This document shows positions 37,720-47,986 of a DNA stretch of 64,000 nucleotides, in pieces; positions within the stretch are counted from its first letter, which is position 1, and each line of letters begins with the position of its first letter. The stretch lies in contig JBMNVT010000006.1 of the NCBI GenBank assembly GCA_050947015.1, positions 40,595-104,594 on the forward strand, given 5' to 3'. The notes under the pieces are model-generated. The model ran no database searches. It was not told the DNA's origin and saw only the letters and a program-made list of their open reading frames with translations. This DNA is from Acutalibacteraceae bacterium (GTDB lineage: Bacteria > Bacillota > Clostridia > Oscillospirales > Acutalibacteraceae). Made by a program: the position numbers and the translations under genes.

Positions 37720-40050
37720 TTACGGCGCCGCAACACAAATCGCCGCAGCCGTAATGTCGTCATCGTGTCCGTCCTGCCGTCTGGCTTCCGCATCTGCCAC
37801 CACGCGGTCGCAAAGCTCCTGGGGTGTTCCCTTCCAACCGCGCACCAACTCTTCCAGCCAGCTGTCTCCGCCGGAAACAGCTCCGTCGGAAACCATCAGC
37901 ACCAGATCGCCCTGCGAAAGCTGCGCGGTTCCGCGCGCAAATTTTACATCCTGCAGAATTCCGGCCGGCAGCGACGCCAAATCGACACGCGTTACCCTGC
38001 TGCCCCGGCGAAGAAACGCGGCCGGAGCCCCTGCCTTCATAAATTCGGCGCGACCGGAATAAAGATCAAGGCGAAACACATCCAGCGTAGCAAGGCTTTC
38101 GTCTCCCGACTTGATATACAGCGAGGAGTTGATGATTCGAAGCGCCGCGTCGTAACCGATTCCCGCGGAAACCAGACGTGAAAGAATTCCACAGGCCATG
38201 GTAGAATCCACCGCAGCACGGCCGCCGCTCCCCATTCCGTCGCTGAGCGCCGCAACTGCTCCGCCTGCACCGTCGGAAAAAAATTCATAATGATCGCCGC
38301 AGAGCGACGCGCCGGCACACACGTGCTGCGCACAACCAGTTACAACGCTAAAGGACGGCTGCTCGTTCAGGACGATACGCAGCGTGCCTCCGGCAGAGGA
38401 GAGCACAGCCGGCCCAAAACGACGCCCGCAAAGCCGGCCAAGCTCACGCTGCAGGGCTGTTTTGTCGGGCAGACCCTTTCCTGTTCCGGTTACGATTTCA
38501 ACGGTCATGCGCCCGCTTTGCTCCTGACGGCAGGAAACGTCCGCAGTTTCAAAGCCATGCCTGCAAAGGAACTGCTCAATCTGCTGCGCCGTTTCACGGT
38601 CAAAAAGTGATTTATCCCGATAATCCGCAGCCAGATCCCGCAGCATTTCGCTGACGCCGAGGAACTGCGAACCGACTACAGAACGAATTTCGCTGACTCT
38701 TCGCTCTGCCGCCTCTCCCGCGTGAAAATCTTCATATGCCGCTGTAATTGTAGCAGCAAGCTGATTAATTCGCGCGCAGTTGGAGCGGAACGGCTCCGGG
38801 AAATCGTTCCGGCAGACATAACCGCGTGACTGCAGCGGAGCGGTTAACCCATTGAGCACCGTCATGGTGTCGGAATAATTTTTTTCCCAACACATCAGCC
38901 GAAAGCCACAGGTGCGGCAGGTTTCTTCGACGGCGCTGTCGTAAACGCCGGAAACCGTTGATTTTCCTTTTTTCAACAGCTTGCGGGAAAGTTCTTCCAC
39001 TGACTGCGACACCTGCGCAATTGCACGGGACGCAAAATCCAGCCTCATTACCACGCTGCGGCGCAGTACATCGGCAGAAGGGTCAGCGGGGGGCGCGGCA
39101 AAGAACGGCTTGGCTGCGTTTTCCAGCCATCGCTGCGGAATCAGCAAAAACAACGCCGTGGCAAGCAGTGTTTCATAAAGCACGGTAATCGGCGCGGTCG
39201 TAACGGTAAGCACCGCCACACCATTTGCCAACACAAAAATTGCCGTGCTGCCAAACCGACCAAGCGGCGAAAAGCAGCCCGCCACCAGCCCCGAAAACGC
39301 ATAGGAAATCGGAAAATATCCCGCTGCCCCGCCGGCGAGACTCATCATCATGCCGCAGGCGGTTCCGCTGACGCAACCACCGCCCACCGCACCATAAGAC
39401 GCACAGAACAACACGACCATCATAGCTAGAATATTTCCGAGCGAAATTCCCTCAACAGAAACAGACGAAAAGGAAAGCAGAAAAATCCCACCGGTTACTG
39501 CCAACCCTGCCATGGACTGCAAATCCAGTCCATAAAGACTGCGGTGCTCTTGCCAAACCTTCAGCGTCCGCCCAAAGAACCATGACGCTCCGCCTGCCAG
39601 CATCCCTTCCGCCAAAATCATCAACGGGGGAACCGAGGCGAGAATCCGTCCGTTGTTGACAAGAAAACCCGTTCCCGCAACGGCTCCAAACGCCAGCACT
39701 GCTCCGAACAGCGGATGCGCGATCAACTTTTTCCACTCGCTAAGAGTCCAGCGCACGGCCGCCACAATAGCAAGCGCCGCCAGGCTTTGCAGCCGACCGG
39801 CAGAGACCGGAAACAACACCAGCCCCAGTACCGAACCAAGCAAAACCGGCAACAGCGAACCTTTGGGAGAAACGGCAGCCAGCGCCGCGGAAAACGGCGT
39901 GCATGCTCCGAAAATTTCGGCTCGGGAAAGCAGTACTCCTGCGCCGAACCATCCCAGCTGCCGCAGCAGCTTTTTTGTCACCTCGGCAGGCGGCAGCACA
40001 TGCTCGGCCCTGCGCAATACTTTTTCAGCTCTGCCTCTCATTTGAATCAT
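37720..40050 (-). CDS. spoIIE: Stage II sporulation protein E (SpoIIE), a membrane PP2C serine phosphatase.
   Basis: Roughly 10 N-terminal TM helices. C-terminal PP2C domain reads GDHYEFFSDGAGGAVAALSDGMGSGGRAAVDS...DGAV. 776 aa. Confidence 0.85.
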   Translation of the reverse strand: MIQMRGRAEKVLRRAEHVLPPAEVTKKLLRQLGWFGAGVLLSRAEIFGACTPFSAALAAVSPKGSLLPVLLGSVLGLVLFPVSAGRLQSLAALAIVAAVRWTLSEWKKLIAHPLFGAVLAFGAVAGTGFLVNNGRILASVPPLMILAEGMLAGGASWFFGRTLKVWQEHRSLYGLDLQSMAGLAVTGGIFLLSFSSVSVEGISLGNILAMMVVLFCASYGAVGGGCVSGTACGMMMSLAGGAAGYFPISYAFSGLVAGCFSPLGRFGSTAIFVLANGVAVLTVTTAPITVLYETLLATALFLLIPQRWLENAAKPFFAAPPADPSADVLRRSVVMRLDFASRAIAQVSQSVEELSRKLLKKGKSTVSGVYDSAVEETCRTCGFRLMCWEKNYSDTMTVLNGLTAPLQSRGYVCRNDFPEPFRSNCARINQLAATITAAYEDFHAGEAAERRVSEIRSVVGSQFLGVSEMLRDLAADYRDKSLFDRETAQQIEQFLCRHGFETADVSCRQEQSGRMTVEIVTGTGKGLPDKTALQRELGRLCGRRFGPAVLSSAGGTLRIVLNEQPSFSVVTGCAQHVCAGASLCGDHYEFFSDGAGGAVAALSDGMGSGGRAAVDSTMACGILSRLVSAGIGYDAALRIINSSLYIKSGDESLATLDVFRLDLYSGRAEFMKAGAPAAFLRRGSRVTRVDLASLPAGILQDVKFARGTAQLSQGDLVLMVSDGAVSGGDSWLEELVRGWKGTPQELCDRVVADAEARRQDGHDDDITAAAICVAAP

Positions 40051-40544
40051 CCTTTCCCAATGGGGCGCCCCCTTAAATCGGAAGTATTTTCCTTCCTTTC
40101 AGTATGGACGGCCGGTTCTTTCAGTATACAAAGGAGGCACGGGAAAGATTGTCATATATTGGTATCTTTGCAAAGAACTTTTTTACCCGCTCTTCGTACA
40201 GCCGAACAGGAGATTTCACATTCCTGACGGCTTTCTGCCACGACACGAGATGTTTGCATTCTCTTCTGACCCTGCTGTACTAAAAAAAGAACCGGCATCC
40301 GGCTGACCCTCAGAGCATTGAACCCGACGGGGCTCAGACCGGACATCGCTTCTTTTTTCATAATTTTGTCTGGATTTTTCAGAAACTTATGATATAATTA
40401 AAAATTATAATTATCATAATCAATCATTCTGGTTGATCTACGGCTTTCTCTGTGTTAAAAACAACGGAAATTTCAGCTCTGATATTTCGGCCGCGGAAAA
40501 GACCTCTCTGACAAAATGTTATGACCGGAAAGGCAGGAATCTCA

Positions 40545-42167
40545 ATGAAAAACGATCATCTTCCGGAGCTGGTACTCAAAAATGCACAGTTCTGCAATGT
40601 TTTTAATGAAACGCTCGAACAGGGCGATTTAGCGATTGACGGCGGCTGCTTTTGCGGCATTGGTTTATACCGCGGGCAGCGGGAAATCGACTGCAGCGGA
40701 AAAATCGTGGTGCCTGCTTTCATTGACGGTCACATCCACCTTGAATCTTCGATGGCCTCCCCAGCGGAATTTGCCCGCATGGCGGCATCGCACGGAACCG
40801 CCGCGGCAATCTGCGACCCTCACGAGCTTGCCAATGTCTGCGGAACAGCGGGAATCGATTATCTTCTGGAAAGCTCGGAAAATCTGCCGGTCGATTGTTT
40901 TTTTATGCTGCCAAGCTGCGTTCCTGCCGCGGCAGGTGAAGAAAACGGCGCGGTTCTGTCAGCGGCAGCACTCAGACCTTATTATGAACATCCGCGTGTG
41001 CTTGGTCTTGGCGAGGTAATGAATCTGCCCGGCGTTCTGAACGGGGACGAAGATCTGCTTGAGAAGCTTCGGGACGCCAAAAACGCCGGAAAACGCATCG
41101 ACGGTCACGCGCCGGGGCTTTGCGGCAAAGAGCTGGATACATATCTCGCCGCTGGGATCGCAACCGATCACGAATGCTCCTGCGCGGGGGAAGCACGGGA
41201 AAAGTTGCGCCGGGGCATGTGGATTCTTCTGCGGGAAGGCACCGCCGCGCGCAACCTGAATGCGCTTTTGCCGCTGCTGACAGAGCCCAGCGCGGACCGG
41301 TGCCTGTTCGCCACGGACGACAAGCATCCCGACGAACTTCTGTCGGAAGGACATATTGACCTGAGCGTCCGCCGGGCGATTGCAAACGGTGTCGCACCTT
41401 TGCGTGCCATTCGTACTGCCAGCCGGAACGCCGCTGAATGCTACAGTCTGCACTGTTACGGCGCAATTGCACCCGGGTATTTTGCAAATTTTATCATCAC
41501 CAACGATCTCAGGCAGCTGCCGATTGAATCCGTTTGGCACAACGGAAAACAGGTTTTTCCGGCAAGCGAACCGGCAGCGCCCACGGCCGGAGCTGCCCTT
41601 CGGCGCGTGACGGACACCTTTCACTGCAAGCCGTTTACAGAAGCCGATTTTTCAGACTATCCTGCCCTGCCTTGCCAGGCAATCGGCCTGATTCCGGGCG
41701 AAATTCTGACAAAAAATTGTATTGCACAGCCGGAAAACTGCGTTCGCCTTGCGGTTGCTGAGCGCCACAAAAACACCGGTCATATTGGAAAATCTTACCT
41801 TTGCGGATACGGCCTCCGGCGCGGCGCGGTAGCCTCCAGCATTGCACATGACAGCCACAACCTGATTGTGGCCGGAACAAACGCTCGCGATATGGCTGCC
41901 GCTGCCGAAGCTGTACGCAAAGCCGGCGGTGGATTGGCCGCCGCCGCGGATGGCCGGGTGCTTTCGCTGTTGGAACTGCCGATTGGCGGACTGATGAGCC
42001 AGTTACCCGCCAAAAGGCTTTGCGAGCAGTTGGAAGCGCTGCGCCATGCCGCTGAAACGCTCGGCGACTTTTCGGGCATCGACCCTTTTATGACGCTTGC
42101 CTTTGTCAGCCTGCCGGTCATCCCGGAGATCCGACTGACCTCGCGCGGAATCGTTTCGCTTGGCTGA
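40545..42167 (+). CDS. ade: Adenine deaminase.
   Basis: VVPAFIDGHIHLESSM metal-binding motif. Length and architecture match adenine deaminase. Start taken at ATG 40545 (MKNDHL) with RBS AGGCAGGA. The ORF-track start at 40521 is less likely. Confidence 0.8.
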   Translation: MKNDHLPELVLKNAQFCNVFNETLEQGDLAIDGGCFCGIGLYRGQREIDCSGKIVVPAFIDGHIHLESSMASPAEFARMAASHGTAAAICDPHELANVCGTAGIDYLLESSENLPVDCFFMLPSCVPAAAGEENGAVLSAAALRPYYEHPRVLGLGEVMNLPGVLNGDEDLLEKLRDAKNAGKRIDGHAPGLCGKELDTYLAAGIATDHECSCAGEAREKLRRGMWILLREGTAARNLNALLPLLTEPSADRCLFATDDKHPDELLSEGHIDLSVRRAIANGVAPLRAIRTASRNAAECYSLHCYGAIAPGYFANFIITNDLRQLPIESVWHNGKQVFPASEPAAPTAGAALRRVTDTFHCKPFTEADFSDYPALPCQAIGLIPGEILTKNCIAQPENCVRLAVAERHKNTGHIGKSYLCGYGLRRGAVASSIAHDSHNLIVAGTNARDMAAAAEAVRKAGGGLAAAADGRVLSLLELPIGGLMSQLPAKRLCEQLEALRHAAETLGDFSGIDPFMTLAFVSLPVIPEIRLTSRGIVSLG

Positions 42168-42182
42168 CCTCGCCCGAAATTT

Positions 42183-42917
42183 TCAGATTACGATTCCACC
42201 GTTGGGGCTGAGAACTTGTCCGGTGATAAAATCCGCGGCGGGAGATGCCAGAAAGAAGATCGCCTGTGCAGCTTCTTTCGTCGTTCCTATGCGCCCCAAC
42301 GGTGTTTCTTCGCAAAGCTCCTTGCGGATTTCGTCAGTCAACGCACCGTTCATTTCGGTATCAATTACGCCGGGGGCAACGCAGTTGACCTGTATGTTGG
42401 ACGGTCCCAGCTCCTTGGCGAGCGCTTTGGTCAAACCGATCACCGCAGCCTTGCTGGCGGAATAATGCACTTCGCACGAGCCGCCGCAGATTCCCCACAT
42501 GGACGACACGTTGACGATTTTACCGTGCTTTTGATGAATCAGATCGGGCAAAACTGCTTGTGTGCAATAAAACGCGCCATCCAGATTCACGCCCATCATC
42601 CGGCGCCAGTCCTGCTCGGTAATGTCGGAAAACAGCTTCTGCTGCGCGATTCCGGCGTTATTCACCAGCACATCAATTTTTCCGAAACGCGCGCGGATCC
42701 TGTTCGCAGCATCAAACACCTGCGAACGGTCGGCAACATCTGCGCCAAACGCTTCCGCATCCGCGCCGAGCGCCCGGCATTTTTCCACCACTGCGGCCGC
42801 CTGTTCCCGCTCCTTGTGGTATAAAACCGCAATTCGGTCGCCGTCATCTGCAAACAGCTCCGCACACGCACGTCCAATCCCGCGCGAGGCGCCGGTAATC
42901 CACACCGTCCGATTCAT
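42183..42917 (-). CDS. SDR-family NAD(P)-dependent oxidoreductase (FabG-like).
   Basis: TGASRGIG cofactor motif and catalytic YSASK. 244 aa. Confidence 0.85.
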   Translation of the reverse strand: MNRTVWITGASRGIGRACAELFADDGDRIAVLYHKEREQAAAVVEKCRALGADAEAFGADVADRSQVFDAANRIRARFGKIDVLVNNAGIAQQKLFSDITEQDWRRMMGVNLDGAFYCTQAVLPDLIHQKHGKIVNVSSMWGICGGSCEVHYSASKAAVIGLTKALAKELGPSNIQVNCVAPGVIDTEMNGALTDEIRKELCEETPLGRIGTTKEAAQAIFFLASPAADFITGQVLSPNGGIVI

Positions 42918-42947
42918 AAAATCTTCCTTTCGCCATGTATTTGAAAA

Positions 42948-42990
42948 AGAGCCCGGAACCGATAATCTGCCGGTTCCGGGCTTTGCCGTG
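42948..42990 (-). terminator. Intrinsic terminator between the small membrane protein gene and the SDR gene.
   Basis: Minus strand reads GCCCGGAACCGGCAGATTATCGGTTCCGGGC followed by TCTTTTTC. Confidence 0.7.
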
Positions 42991-43323
42991 TTACGAAAAA
43001 CAGCGCAGCGTCACCTGAATAATCAAAAACCATAAAAAGATACAGCCGGTCAGCTTGAGCGCATAAATGGAATGGCTGGCATTCCTGCTGCGGCCTGCAA
43101 AGGTACGCCGAGTTGCCGCTGCCGCAAAACAGCCGCAGCCAAGCAAAACGGTAAGCGCTTCCCAGATGCGGCGAAACCGGTCGGCAACCGGCACATTGCC
43201 AAGCGTCACAACCGCCGCGCACGCAAGCGAAAGTGCAATCAGCGCTCCCCCCGCCCAAAACAGGACACGGTCGGAAACATGTTTCATACCAGAAATATCC
43301 TTTCCGTGATGCAGACGACGCAA
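42991..43323 (-). CDS. Small hypothetical membrane protein (110 aa, about 3 TM).
   Basis: Hydrophobic helices VLFWAGGALIALSLACAAVVTL, ALTVLLGCGCFAAAA and IFLWFLIIQVTL. The alternative 141-aa ORF (42914-43339) runs through the terminator and is Cys/Arg-rich junk. Confidence 0.45.
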   Translation of the reverse strand: MRRLHHGKDISGMKHVSDRVLFWAGGALIALSLACAAVVTLGNVPVADRFRRIWEALTVLLGCGCFAAAATRRTFAGRSRNASHSIYALKLTGCIFLWFLIIQVTLRCFS

Positions 43324-43347
43324 CCCAACCGGAAAGCACGCCTGTAT

Positions 43348-46300
43348 TTACCGTTCCACCTTGAGCGTAATAATTTCAAACGGCTTGACCGGCAGCGAAA
43401 ATGAAGCGCCGTCCACCGCAAGCGGAGAACATTCGTTTTCCATTAAGTCACAGAGCGCAACGCGCTTTGGTGCAAACCCAAGTGAAACGGTAACATCCGT
43501 TTGTTTATTATACGCTTCATACATACGGAAAATCAAGTCCCCGGAATCCTCCGCCTGTTTTACGGTTTCCAGAATAAGATTCGGTTCAGAAACCGAAACG
43601 AGCGAATACCGTTCCGGCAGGCTGCCCTGTTGTTTAACAACCGGTACCGCAGTCATCGGCTGATTGAGGTCATATGCCAGCTGAACCACACCTGCCGCGC
43701 GGTAATCTCCGGCGTGCGGCACGATGGAATACGTAAACTCATGACGACAGCGGTCAGCATCCGGGTTCGGATAGGTCGCGCATTTCAGCAGCGTCAGGCG
43801 CATAACGCCGTCGTGAATATCGTGGCCGTATTTGCAGTCGTTGAGCATGGCAACGCCATAGTCATATTCCGCAAAATCACAGTATTTATGCGCACAGACC
43901 TCAAATTTTGCCGCATCCCAGCTGGTATTGCTGTGTGTCGGCCGTTCCAGCGCACCGAACTGCACTTCATAGGTTGCGCGGCCGGAGTTGATTTTGACCG
44001 GAAATGCAGCTTTAACAAGCAGGTGCTCCTGTTTCCAGTCGATCACAGTTTCAAAATCAATTTTTTTCAGATCCTCATACAGCCAGATATGCTGTTCGAC
44101 CGTGGATTCCAGAAAGCGGCGGCGAACAGCAAAGCCCGCGCGCGCTCCATCCCGAACCGGCTTAACAGATTGCACGTCATCCAGCAGGTATCTCTTTTCC
44201 CTGTAATAATCTGTAATCTCCCATGCGTCATAATCGCGCGGAAAGTCCTCGTAAACTTCAATTCTGTTGCCAGCGCCCTTTGCTGCGTCAATCACCTCGC
44301 GTTTGACTTCTTTGTCATAGACCGAAACCAGGTTAAATTGCTCGTCAAACACAATGCGCAGGAATTTGTTTTCCATGGTGCGGTCGCCCAGAATAACGCT
44401 GTTTTCCGGTGTTCTGGGCGTTACTACCGCATACCCTTTTGCGGGGATATTTTCCACAAAGCGGGATTCTCCGTTCACTTTTACAACGGCGCTGTTGATA
44501 AATGACTGTGGATTGAACACCAGCAGCCCGCCCTCCGTGGCAAGGTTCTCCGCAACCGAGTTCTTGACTGCTTCGGAAATTTCCGCCGCGCTTTGCAGCA
44601 GCTCCGGATATACGCGGTCGCACTCGTCATAAACTTCTTTGATAGACGAGCCTGGAATAATATCATGAAACTGAAACAGCAAAATCTTCTCCCATCCGTC
44701 GTTCAAGCGCTGCTGCGGATACGGCAGGCCAAGCAGCACGCTGCCAAGCGAGGAAAGCAGCTCCGCGTTCTGGTATGCAAATTCGCTCCTGCGGTTATTT
44801 TTCTTGTTGCGGGCAATGGAGGTGTATGTCCCGCGGTGCATTTCGAGGTAAAGTTCGCCGCTCCACACCGGCAGATGCGGGTCGTGCTCCGCCGCAGCAG
44901 CATGGTTCAGAAATTCCGTCGCCGTTCCGATTCGTGCGTTTGGGCATTCGCCGAAGCCGTTTTCCATTCTGCGGCGCAATTCAAGCATCTCCATGGTCGG
45001 GCCACCGCCGCCGTCTCCAAAGCCGAAGGTATTCATCACCTGATCAGAAAATTCCTTCTGCTGAAAGCGATCCCATGTACCCGCTATCATATCCGGATTG
45101 TTGTTGGAAACATAAGTTGTAAAATTCGTTGGTTTTTCGCCGCGCTTTTTCGGCTGTGCGGTAAGAAAATAGCTGAAAATTTCAGTGCCGTCAATTCCGC
45201 GCCAGTTGAACATGTCATACGGCATCTGATTGGTTTCGTTCCAGCTAATTTTGGAGGTGACAAAACGGTCGACACCGCTTTTTTTCAGAATCTGGGGCAA
45301 TGCAGCAGAATAGCCGAATACATCCGGCAGCCAGAGCACACGGCTCTCCACCCCGAACTCCTTTTTAAAAAACCGTTTGCCAAACAACACCTGCCGCACA
45401 AGGCTCTCGCCGGAAGGCAAGTTACAGTCGGCCTCCACCCACATGGCGCCTTCCACCTCCCACCGGCCGGCGGCGACCATTTTTTTGACTTCCTCATAGG
45501 TTTCGGGGCTTTCCTGTTTCAGATAATCATAAAGCTGCGCCTGTGACGACATAAACTTATACTCAGGGTATTTTTTCATCAAATTCAGCACAGTGGAAAA
45601 CGAACGCTGCGTTTTTTCGCGCGTTTGTGCCAAAGTCCAAAGCCACGCCACATCAATATGAGTGTGACCAATGCAGATGACGGTCTCGGGCTGGTCGGCA
45701 CAATATTTTTCGTAAAGCTCTGTTTTTAAAAAATCGCTCGCTGTGCGCACAGAAGCATTGAACGCTGCGCTGCCCGGAACGCGGCAGTCCATCCGGTTAA
45801 TCGCTTCGTTCAGGATCCGCAGCACGTCGGCATACGTTTTGGAAACCGGATCGGAAAACTGAAGAATCTCCATCGGTACGCGCAGGTCGTAATAAAGCCT
45901 TTCGCAGTCGGTGTTCACCCATTGCAGCTCGGCGTTGAACTCAGAAAGCGTACCCTCCATCCCGGCGTAAGCGTAAAGGTCAAGGTCAAATTCGGCAAGT
46001 TCCGGCAGCAGCAGCTCGGTGTGGTTTACGTCCAGTCCCTGCGTCAGCACGCCGTTGAGATAAGCGATAAACTGCGGATTTCGCGCATCCCACTGACCCT
46101 CTTTGCCGGTGCGCAGGGCAAAGCGAACCTCGCCCTTCCAATCGGAGGGAACGACGATATGCCGGCAGAACCAAGCGTGGCTGTCCGCTTTTTTTCCCCA
46201 GCGCTCATCTTCACCGAAATCGCGGAATTCCGGTGCATTTTTATCTGGAATCATGTTGTTGGTCTTATAGCCGCATTCGCAGAAGCGCCATCCGTTAAGC

Positions 46301-46374
46301 GGAAGACGAGCGTAATACCGGTTGCCCTGCAAAAGAATCAGCATCTGTTTAACGCGCTCAATCGTAAAATCCAT
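43348..46374 (-). CDS. GH38-family alpha-mannosidase (cytoplasmic, MngB-like).
   Basis: Motifs GHTHIDVAWLW, VEGAMWVEADCN and WLPDVFGYSAALPQI. 1008 aa with no signal peptide. Confidence 0.9.
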   Translation of the reverse strand: MDFTIERVKQMLILLQGNRYYARLPLNGWRFCECGYKTNNMIPDKNAPEFRDFGEDERWGKKADSHAWFCRHIVVPSDWKGEVRFALRTGKEGQWDARNPQFIAYLNGVLTQGLDVNHTELLLPELAEFDLDLYAYAGMEGTLSEFNAELQWVNTDCERLYYDLRVPMEILQFSDPVSKTYADVLRILNEAINRMDCRVPGSAAFNASVRTASDFLKTELYEKYCADQPETVICIGHTHIDVAWLWTLAQTREKTQRSFSTVLNLMKKYPEYKFMSSQAQLYDYLKQESPETYEEVKKMVAAGRWEVEGAMWVEADCNLPSGESLVRQVLFGKRFFKKEFGVESRVLWLPDVFGYSAALPQILKKSGVDRFVTSKISWNETNQMPYDMFNWRGIDGTEIFSYFLTAQPKKRGEKPTNFTTYVSNNNPDMIAGTWDRFQQKEFSDQVMNTFGFGDGGGGPTMEMLELRRRMENGFGECPNARIGTATEFLNHAAAAEHDPHLPVWSGELYLEMHRGTYTSIARNKKNNRRSEFAYQNAELLSSLGSVLLGLPYPQQRLNDGWEKILLFQFHDIIPGSSIKEVYDECDRVYPELLQSAAEISEAVKNSVAENLATEGGLLVFNPQSFINSAVVKVNGESRFVENIPAKGYAVVTPRTPENSVILGDRTMENKFLRIVFDEQFNLVSVYDKEVKREVIDAAKGAGNRIEVYEDFPRDYDAWEITDYYREKRYLLDDVQSVKPVRDGARAGFAVRRRFLESTVEQHIWLYEDLKKIDFETVIDWKQEHLLVKAAFPVKINSGRATYEVQFGALERPTHSNTSWDAAKFEVCAHKYCDFAEYDYGVAMLNDCKYGHDIHDGVMRLTLLKCATYPNPDADRCRHEFTYSIVPHAGDYRAAGVVQLAYDLNQPMTAVPVVKQQGSLPERYSLVSVSEPNLILETVKQAEDSGDLIFRMYEAYNKQTDVTVSLGFAPKRVALCDLMENECSPLAVDGASFSLPVKPFEIITLKVER

Positions 46375-46510
46375 TTGTTACATCCTTTCATATTGCATTG
46401 TTTCAAATTGACCTTCTGGTAGCTGATTTTAGTTTAACGGTACATTTCGCCTGCGTCAAGTGTCAAAAAGGAATTTTGCATTAGTCCGCTTGTTTTCGCA
46501 CTTTACACCA

Positions 46511-46539
46511 TTGAAAAGCCGACCGCATTGTGCTATAAT
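46511..46539 (+). promoter_or_regulatory. Sigma-A promoter of the aminotransferase gene.
   Basis: TTGAAA, then 17 nt, then TATAAT (46534-46539). Confidence 0.55.
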
Positions 46540-46589
46540 AAAAGCGTTTTTCACAGACGGATTCTGTGCAACAGAAAGGAATGGTTTTC

Positions 46590-47780
46590 ATGATGGAATA
46601 TCAGTTTTCGGACCGCGTTCAGAATTTAAAGCCGTCGGCGATCCGCGAAATTTTTAAATATGCCGCTGACCCGGAGGTTGTTTCCCTTTCCGCCGGCAAT
46701 CCGGCACCGGAGGCTTTCCCCTCGGAGCAGATTGCGGAGATTTCCTCCCGGATTCTGAGAGAACACCCGGTGGATGCGCTACAGTACAGCCTGACGGAGG
46801 GCTACCCCGCACTGCGGCAGACGATCCGCGATTATATGAAACGCACGCACAAAATCGGCCGTGAATTTGACGATGTCCTCATCACCTCTGGAGCGCAGCA
46901 GGTGATGGATCTGCTGACCAAATCCATGTGCAATGCGGGCGATGTCGTTCTTTGCGAAGCGCCAAGCTTTGTCGGCTCGCTGAACACGTTCCGTTCTTAT
47001 CAGGTCAAGCTGCACGGCGTTCCGATGGACAGCGACGGCATGAACATGGAAGCGCTGGAAAAAGCCCTGCAGGAAGAACGGCACGTCAAGTTTATTTACA
47101 CCATTCCCAATTTTCAAAACCCGACCGGCCGCACCATGAGTCTTGCCAAACGCCGCCGGATGTATGAACTGGCAAAGCAGTACAACGTCATGATTCTGGA
47201 GGATAACCCCTACGGTGACCTGCGTTTTGCCGGCGAAGATCTTCCAAGCATCAAATCCTTTGACGAAGACGGAATCGTCGTTTATGCCGGCACATTTTCC
47301 AAGGTCATTGCGCCCGGCATCCGCGTCGGTTTTGCGCTGCTGCCCACGCCTGTCATGAACAAAATGGTCGTCTGCAAGCAGGGCGAGGATGTTCATACCA
47401 ATATCTGGGCGCAGATGATCGTCAACGAATTTATGACCAAATATGATTATGGTGCGCATCTACTTTCGCTGAAGCAGATTTACAGAAAAAAAGCCGAATT
47501 TACGATGGATCTGTTCGAGCGTTACATTCTGCCCAAGGTACAATACGAACCGATTCAGGGCGGCCTGTTCATCTGGTGTACCCTTCCCGCAGGCGCCGAT
47601 ATGCCGAAGTTCTGCAAGGAGGCCGTTCTGCGCAAGGTCGCGGTGGTTCCCGGCAACGCCTTCCTGACCGACGAAAGCCTGCCCTGCCTTTCTTTCCGCA
47701 CCAATTACACCACCCCGACCGATGAACAGCTGGAAAAAGGAATCCGGATTCTTGGTCAACTGATCGACGAATGGTATTAA
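46590..47780 (+). CDS. PLP-dependent class I/II aminotransferase.
   Basis: Fold-type I aminotransferase with the PLP lysine in GTFSKVIAPGIRVGF. Start at ATG 46590 (MMEYQF) with RBS AGGAATGG. Confidence 0.8.
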   Translation: MMEYQFSDRVQNLKPSAIREIFKYAADPEVVSLSAGNPAPEAFPSEQIAEISSRILREHPVDALQYSLTEGYPALRQTIRDYMKRTHKIGREFDDVLITSGAQQVMDLLTKSMCNAGDVVLCEAPSFVGSLNTFRSYQVKLHGVPMDSDGMNMEALEKALQEERHVKFIYTIPNFQNPTGRTMSLAKRRRMYELAKQYNVMILEDNPYGDLRFAGEDLPSIKSFDEDGIVVYAGTFSKVIAPGIRVGFALLPTPVMNKMVVCKQGEDVHTNIWAQMIVNEFMTKYDYGAHLLSLKQIYRKKAEFTMDLFERYILPKVQYEPIQGGLFIWCTLPAGADMPKFCKEAVLRKVAVVPGNAFLTDESLPCLSFRTNYTTPTDEQLEKGIRILGQLIDEWY

Positions 47781-47907
47781 GCAAATTCGGATAAAACGCC
47801 GTGTTTCTCTGTCTCCGCAGTAACAGACGGCTTTTCTGTATTTATTTTTGAGCACCAATGCTTTTCCGCAGGAATTGCTTTCTCAAACATCCGAACTGCA
47901 GCACAGC

Positions 47908-47946
47908 AAAACGCAGCCATCCTTTGTTGGTGGCTGCGTTTTTACC
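47908..47946. terminator. Bidirectional hairpin terminator between the aminotransferase and ABC exporter genes.
   Basis: AAAACGCAGCC-atcctttgttggt-GGCTGCGTTTTT. Confidence 0.6.
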
Positions 47947-47986
47947 GTGCCGCACCCTCGCGTGATTCAGAAAGGAAGCGCACAAA

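Noticed and set aside
40152-40361. 69-aa ORF upstream of spoIIE.
   Set aside because: It has no RBS and no recognisable domain, and lies in the spoIIE/ade regulatory spacer. It is probably spurious.
40051-40544. Purine riboswitch upstream of adenine deaminase.
   Set aside because: The conserved purine aptamer elements (UAUA junction, GUUUCUACC and CCGUAAAU loops) were not found. Only an AT-rich inverted repeat was seen.
42914-43339. 141-aa ORF overlapping the SDR start.
   Set aside because: It reads straight through a strong rho-independent terminator and is Cys/Arg-rich. The in-phase 110-aa TM ORF ending before the terminator is the better call.
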